Assembly: GCA_024277355.1 (NCBI GenBank)
Contig: JAJRVL010000004.1
Coordinates: 480,001-512,000, forward strand
DNA length: 32,000 nt
Source of the DNA: an archaeon
GTDB taxonomy: Archaea; Iainarchaeota; Iainarchaeia; Iainarchaeales; 1-14-0-10-31-34
Direction: 5' to 3'
The notes beneath the pieces were generated by a model that saw only the letters and a list, made by a program, of their open reading frames with translations, was not told the origin of the DNA and did not search any database. The position numbers were made by a program, and so were the translations under genes. How positions within the stretch are numbered: the stretch's first letter is position 1; the number at the start of each line of letters is the position of its first letter. Of this stretch, positions 27,520 through 32,000 are shown in pieces.

Positions 27520-27600
27520 GTTTAGACAGTACGGCTTTACGCCGTACGTTTTGGCAACTTGCCTTTTCTTAAAAGGCAGTTTATGAAATACAAAAAATAA
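27502..27600. repeat. 18-bp perfect direct repeat (ATGAAATACAAAAAATAA) flanking a segment with two hairpins downstream of rfcS
   Basis: Copies at 27502..27519 and 27583..27600. Between them are GTACGGC-TTTAC-GCCGTAC (27529..27547) and TGCCTTTT-CTT-AAAAGGCA (27560..27578). Confidence 0.8.
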
Positions 27601-27677
27601 AGTTTAAACAACAAGACATAATTGTTTTTTATGCTTTCAAAAAAATTAAATAATGTTATTACTATATACTTAATGAA

Positions 27678-28142
27678 ATGAATTTTATTTCAGCTTTATT
27701 AAGTCTGTTTATTCCTGGTTCAGGGCAAGTTTTACACAGAGAACACGAACAAGGACTAATTATTTTTGGTTTATGGATTTTATGGCTTTTTTTATCAAAA
27801 TATTTTTTTGAATTAGACTTAATTTTTGTTTTTATTGGATGGAGTTTTTTTTCAGTTTACAGTTCATTTGATGCATTAATTTTTAATTCAAAAAAAATAA
27901 AAAGAGAAGACTCTCAGCTAAAAGAATTTGATGAAATGAGAAACCAAAAAGAAAAAGAAGAAGAATATGAATTAAAAGCAACAAAAATTCTTTTAGAAAA
28001 AGAATTAAATTCAAAATATGACAGCTTTCAGATTCTTGAAATAAAAAAAGACAAAGGCGAAATAAAAGTTAAAGCAGTAATTCAGGGAAAATTTGTTGAA
28101 TTAAATGTTTCAAAAAACGGCGAAATAATAAGCATGAAATAA
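27678..28142 (+). CDS. Membrane protein (154 aa) with N-terminal hydrophobic region and cytoplasmic helical/beta tail
   Basis: MNFISALLSLFIPGSGQVLHREHEQGLIIFGLWILWLFLS: PGxGQ plus hydrophobic hairpin, as in TM2-like proteins. Charged C-terminus. Confidence 0.6.
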   Translation: MNFISALLSLFIPGSGQVLHREHEQGLIIFGLWILWLFLSKYFFELDLIFVFIGWSFFSVYSSFDALIFNSKKIKREDSQLKEFDEMRNQKEKEEEYELKATKILLEKELNSKYDSFQILEIKKDKGEIKVKAVIQGKFVELNVSKNGEIISMK

Positions 28143-29366
28143 CTAAAAATAATCTGAAATCTTTTTTTGTTTTAAGTCATTTAAAACTTTTGATTCATTT
28201 AAGTAAAGTTTTAATTCAACTGTTAACTTTGAAGATAAAAATTTTAAAGCTAAATCCAAATCAAAAAACCTCAAAGGTTTTTGTTTTAATGCATTCCGCA
28301 TTGTTTCACGAATCACCCATACGCCTAATGGTTGATCATATGATTTTCCAATTTCTCTGAAAACAATTACTTTAGCTTGTCGTTTTTTTTCAGATAGAAA
28401 TTCACAGACTGCTAATCTTGCAGCATAATAAGCACCAGAAACATCTGAAGCATAATTTTTTCTTCCCTTAAACAATTCAGAGTCAGCCATAATTTTTGTT
28501 TCTCCCTGCATCCAAACAGATTCAGGTTTCCAGGCTTCAAGCTGTTCAAAACTCCAGTAACCAGGAATAAACAGAATAAAAAAATGGTTATCTAAAAAAC
28601 TTGATTCAAATAACTGAATTACATCAGTTTCCCTGAAATACTTTATTTTTTCAATTAAGTTTTTTGAAATAGTGTCATCAACTGCAGTAATACTCCAACG
28701 AGTAGGAACTAATTTTCTTTTTTTCTTTAATCCAAGTAAACCAGCAGACAAAATTTTCTGCAAAGAATTAACTGAAATATCAGAAGAATACAATTCATTT
28801 AATCCTTGAGTTGAAATTAAATCAGTATCAGAAGTAATATAATCAACTTTTTTTGGAATTTTAGGGTTTTCATTTAAAGAAAATTTTTTTAATTCTCCTT
28901 TTGGCCCTGAAGGCAAAGCTAATGCATCAAAAGAAATTTTTTGAAAAGAAATTTTATTTAATTCAACTGAAACATCTAATGATTTAGAAGACATCACGCT
29001 TTCCTGAATCAAAGAAAGTTCTCTTGAAGGACTTAAAGCAGAAAAAACATTAATTTTTCTTCTTGACTGAATCAAAGACTCTCGCATTGAAATTATTTTT
29101 TCTGAATCAAAACCAAACCATTTTTCAGGTTCATCAAAAACTTCAATTCCTTTAATAAAAGAAGAAGAAGATACAGGCGCTATTTCAACTTTAGGATAAG
29201 AATTCCATGAAACAAATAATCCAGGCGGAGAAATTCCATTAAATGATTTTTCTTTTATGCTTAAAAGAGTTTTTGTTTTTCGGTTATAACTTTTAAGGAT
29301 TTTACAAGGCATTCCGCATAATAATCTGCCTTTGCATTTAATGCATTCAATTCCGTTTACTTTCAT
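28143..29366 (-). CDS. Nre-family (NreA/NreB-like) putative DNA repair protein
   Basis: N-terminal CIKCKGRLLCGMPC, SPPGLFVSWNSYPKVEIAPV, DEPEKWFGFDSEKIISMRESLIQSRRKINV. C-terminal QKKISDYF matches a PCNA-interacting PIP box. Confidence 0.88.
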   Translation of the reverse strand: MKVNGIECIKCKGRLLCGMPCKILKSYNRKTKTLLSIKEKSFNGISPPGLFVSWNSYPKVEIAPVSSSSFIKGIEVFDEPEKWFGFDSEKIISMRESLIQSRRKINVFSALSPSRELSLIQESVMSSKSLDVSVELNKISFQKISFDALALPSGPKGELKKFSLNENPKIPKKVDYITSDTDLISTQGLNELYSSDISVNSLQKILSAGLLGLKKKRKLVPTRWSITAVDDTISKNLIEKIKYFRETDVIQLFESSFLDNHFFILFIPGYWSFEQLEAWKPESVWMQGETKIMADSELFKGRKNYASDVSGAYYAARLAVCEFLSEKKRQAKVIVFREIGKSYDQPLGVWVIRETMRNALKQKPLRFFDLDLALKFLSSKLTVELKLYLNESKVLNDLKQKKISDYF

Positions 29367-29464
29367 AATAAAAAAAAAGGAATTTTATGCTTTTAAAGCA
29401 TTAATAGAGTAAAATTCCGGTGATAAAACAACAATTAAAATAAGATTTTTTCATTAAAGTCTTT

Positions 29465-30103
29465 ATGGCAAAAAAAGCAGTAATTGTATGCAATGGAAGT
29501 GTTAACACAAAATTTCTTTATTCTTTTATTTCAGAAAACGATTTTTTAATTGCAGCTGACGGCGGAGCAAACAAATTAATGAAAACAAAATTTATTCCTG
29601 ATTTAATTATAGGAGACATGGATTCAATTACAAAAAATGCATTAAAAAAATACAGAAAAACAAAAATGATTAAGTTTCCAAAAGAAAAAGATAAAATTGA
29701 CTTAGAATTAGCAATAGATTATTGTGTTGAAAAAAAATTTAAGGAAATAATTATTTTAGGAGCAATAGGAACAAGAGCAGATATGACTTTAACAAACATT
29801 TTTTTATTGACTCAAATCCCAAAAAATATTAATGCAAAAATAATTCATGAAAATCAGGAAATTTATTTAATTCATAAAAAAAAGTTTTCAGTTAAAGGAA
29901 TTCCAGGAGAAAAAATTTCTTTATTTGGAATTAAAGGAAAAATAAAGGGTTTAACATTAAAAGGATTCAAATATGAATTAAAAAATTACAATTTAAGGTT
30001 TGGTTTAGGAATTGGATTAAGTAATGAGTTTAAAAACAAAAAAGCGTTAATTACGTCAAAAGACGGATTAATGCTTTGCGTGCATTTCCGAAAATGGTTT
30101 TGA
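29465..30103 (+). CDS. Thiamine pyrophosphokinase
   Basis: FLIAADGGANKLMKTKFIPDLIIGDMDSITKNALKKYRKTKMIKFPKEKDKIDLELAIDY…ILGAIGTRADMTLTNIFLL. Confidence 0.85.
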   Translation: MAKKAVIVCNGSVNTKFLYSFISENDFLIAADGGANKLMKTKFIPDLIIGDMDSITKNALKKYRKTKMIKFPKEKDKIDLELAIDYCVEKKFKEIIILGAIGTRADMTLTNIFLLTQIPKNINAKIIHENQEIYLIHKKKFSVKGIPGEKISLFGIKGKIKGLTLKGFKYELKNYNLRFGLGIGLSNEFKNKKALITSKDGLMLCVHFRKWF

Positions 30104-30142
30104 ATTTAAATCTTTTAGCCCTGATTTCTTTGAGGGGATTAA

Positions 30143-31159
30143 ATGAAAAAAGTTTTTTTTAGTTTATTAATTTTAATTTTATTTTTTGGATGCATTCAGG
30201 AAACTGAAGAACAAAAAGAAAAAACTCTTGTAATTTATACTTATGATTCAATGGTTTCAGAATACGGGTTAGGCGTAAAAGTAATTCCAAAATTTGAAGA
30301 AAAATGCAATTGTAAAGTAAAATTAATTTCAAAAGGTGATGCAGGCCAAGTTTTAACTGCATTAGTTTTAGAAAAAGATAATCCAAAAGCAGACGTAGTA
30401 ATTGGAATAGATAATAGTTTGTTTCCAAAAGCAATAGAAAACAATGTATTAGAAAAATTTATTCCAAATAATATGGATTTAATTCCAAAAGACATCAGGT
30501 TTTACAAGCAAGGATATCTTACTCCTTATGATTATGGGTTTATTGCTTTTGTTTATGACACAAAAAAAATTGATGTTAAATTAAACAGTTTTAATTCATT
30601 GTTAAATAAAAGTTTAAAGAAAAAAATTGTAATAGAAAATCCAAGAACTTCTTCTCCGGGATTAGCTTTATTATTATGGAGTATTAGTGTTTACGGAGAT
30701 CCTGGTTACAAAAAATTCTGGGAAGAATTAAAACCAAATATTTTAATTGTAACTAATGGGTGGGATGAAGCAGCAGGATTATTTAGTGCAGGAGAAGCTC
30801 CAATTTACTTAAGTTATGCAACTTCTCCTGCTTATTATGCTGAATTTGAAGGAATAAATCATTTTATTGCAGGAGAATTCAAAGAAGGACATTATATTCA
30901 AATTGAAGGAACAGGAATAGTTAAAGGCACAAAAAACAGGGTTTTAGCAGAGGAATTCATTGAATTTTCTTTAACAAAAGAATTCCAAAAAGAAATTCCT
31001 TTTACTCAGTTTATGTTTCCTGTAAATAAAGAAGTGGAACTGCCTTCAGCATTTGATTATGCAGTTCATCCAGAAAAAAAAATTGAGTTAGATCCAGAGT
31101 TAATTGAACAAAAACAAGAGGAATGGATTTCTGAATGGGAAAAAATAATTACATCTTAA
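30143..31159 (+). CDS. thiB: Thiamine ABC transporter substrate-binding lipoprotein (TbpA/ThiB-like)
   Basis: Lipobox-like LILFFGCIQ. LVIYTYDSMVSEYGLGVKVIPKFEEKCNCKVKLISKGDAGQVLTALVLEKDNPKADVVIGIDNSLFPKAIENNVLEKF and YDYGFIAFVYDTKKI are typical of TbpA. Confidence 0.9.
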   Translation: MKKVFFSLLILILFFGCIQETEEQKEKTLVIYTYDSMVSEYGLGVKVIPKFEEKCNCKVKLISKGDAGQVLTALVLEKDNPKADVVIGIDNSLFPKAIENNVLEKFIPNNMDLIPKDIRFYKQGYLTPYDYGFIAFVYDTKKIDVKLNSFNSLLNKSLKKKIVIENPRTSSPGLALLLWSISVYGDPGYKKFWEELKPNILIVTNGWDEAAGLFSAGEAPIYLSYATSPAYYAEFEGINHFIAGEFKEGHYIQIEGTGIVKGTKNRVLAEEFIEFSLTKEFQKEIPFTQFMFPVNKEVELPSAFDYAVHPEKKIELDPELIEQKQEEWISEWEKIITS

Positions 31160-32000
31160 CTGCAAAAACATTTTTTTTATTGTTTTTTTTTGTTTTCTTT
31201 TTTTATCCTTTAATTTTAGTTTTAATTAAAGCATTTACAAAAACAAGTGTTTCTTTTATTGATGTTTTAGTTTCAAACAAAAAATTAATCTGGAATTCTT
31301 TTTTTCAGGCATCAGTTTCAACTGTATTCAGTTTGTTGATTGGAATTCCTGCAGCATTTATTTTAGCTAAAAGAAATTTTTTCGGGAAAAAATTTGTTAA
31401 AGCCGTTTCATTGATTCCTTTTGTTTTTCCTTCAATTTTAGTTGTGATTTCTTTTGTAATAATTTTTGGAAATAACGGCTGGATAAATTATTTTTTAAAA
31501 AACTTTTTTGGTTTTGAAAGCCATGTGCAGTTTTTGTATGGTTTTAGCGGAATAATTCTTGCTCATGTATTTTATAATTTTCCAATTGTAATGAGATTTG
31601 TTTCTGATTCATGGGAAAATTTAGATGTAAAAATGAAAGAAACAGCTAAAACTTTAGGTGCAGGAAAAAAACAGGTTTTCTTTAATATTACTTTAAAGCA
31701 ATTAATGCCTTCAATTCTTGCTTCAGCTTTATTAGTGTTTATTTTTTGTTTTATGAGTTTTGCAATAGTTATTTCTTTAGGAGGAATACAGTTTTCAACT
31801 TTAGAAGTTGAAATTTACAGGCAGATTACAAGAAACCTTAATTTTGGAACAGCTTCAATTCTTGCATTATTTCAATTTATTTTTTTGTCTTTAATTGGAT
31901 TAATTTATTTTCATTATTCAAAAAAATATTCAATAAAAGAAAAAGGAATAAAAGAAAAACCAAAAAATATTTCATTAAATTCAGTTAAAGGAATTATTGA
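31135..32000 (+). CDS. thiP: Thiamine ABC transporter permease (ThiP-like), 3' truncated by the window edge, absent from the provided ORF track
   Basis: Manual translation from ATG 31135: MGKNNYILTAKTFFLLFFFVFFFYPLILVLIKAF…FPIVMRFVSDSWENLDVKMKETAKTLGAGKKQVFFNITLKQLMPSILASALLVFIFCFMSFAIVISLGG. EAA-type permease loop. Overlaps thiB by 25 nt. Confidence 0.85.
   Translation, partial: MGKNNYILTAKTFFLLFFFVFFFYPLILVLIKAFTKTSVSFIDVLVSNKKLIWNSFFQASVSTVFSLLIGIPAAFILAKRNFFGKKFVKAVSLIPFVFPSILVVISFVIIFGNNGWINYFLKNFFGFESHVQFLYGFSGIILAHVFYNFPIVMRFVSDSWENLDVKMKETAKTLGAGKKQVFFNITLKQLMPSILASALLVFIFCFMSFAIVISLGGIQFSTLEVEIYRQITRNLNFGTASILALFQFIFLSLIGLIYFHYSKKYSIKEKGIKEKPKNISLNSVKGII

Noticed and set aside
29367-29464. 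Possible TPP riboswitch upstream of thiamine pyrophosphokinase
   Set aside because: The characteristic CTGAGA and ACCTGAT-type conserved blocks are absent; only a simple AT-rich inverted repeat is visible.
1-32000. CRISPR arrays, transposases, integrases, toxin-antitoxin or other defence modules
   Set aside because: No regularly spaced repeats or recognisable mobile/defence protein motifs were seen; the single PIN protein matches NOB1-type rather than a VapC with an adjacent antitoxin.

Overview
This is a gene-dense, AT-rich archaeal chromosomal window. The gene content fits a small-genome, probably mesophilic (DPANN-like) lineage; that is inferred from gene families only. Most of it is housekeeping, with many DNA replication and repair genes: RFC large subunit, Orc1/Cdc6, topoisomerase IA, RFC small subunit and an Nre-family protein. 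Also present are YchF, PheS/PheT, a Cdc48/VAT AAA+ ATPase, an M50 protease, Lrp-like regulators and a thiamine salvage/uptake operon (TPK, TbpA/ThiB, ThiP). I found no CRISPR array, transposase, rRNA, recognisable tRNA or defence system. The most interesting signals are: (1) six small proteins at 11.4-13.6 kb with pilin-like hydrophobic N-termini, including a 56-aa ORF absent from the supplied track, next to a membrane-anchored HTH regulator whose divergent promoter region carries a perfect 13-bp inverted repeat pair; (2) an isolated GC-rich hairpin region at 18.88-19.01 kb; (3) an 81-bp structured segment just after rfcS, bounded by an 18-bp perfect direct repeat of the rfcS 3' end; (4) an NFACT-R/coiled-coil protein without an NFACT-N domain, coupled to a degenerate HD-like protein and an Lrp-like regulator; (5) an ATP-cone protein resembling the NrdD N-terminus but without a glycyl-radical motif; (6) a NOB1-type PIN domain with no zinc ribbon; (7) an insertion in the D1 ATPase region of Cdc48. 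Nothing here proves a wholly new system. The pilin-like cluster and the structured intergenic regions are the best candidates for follow-up.
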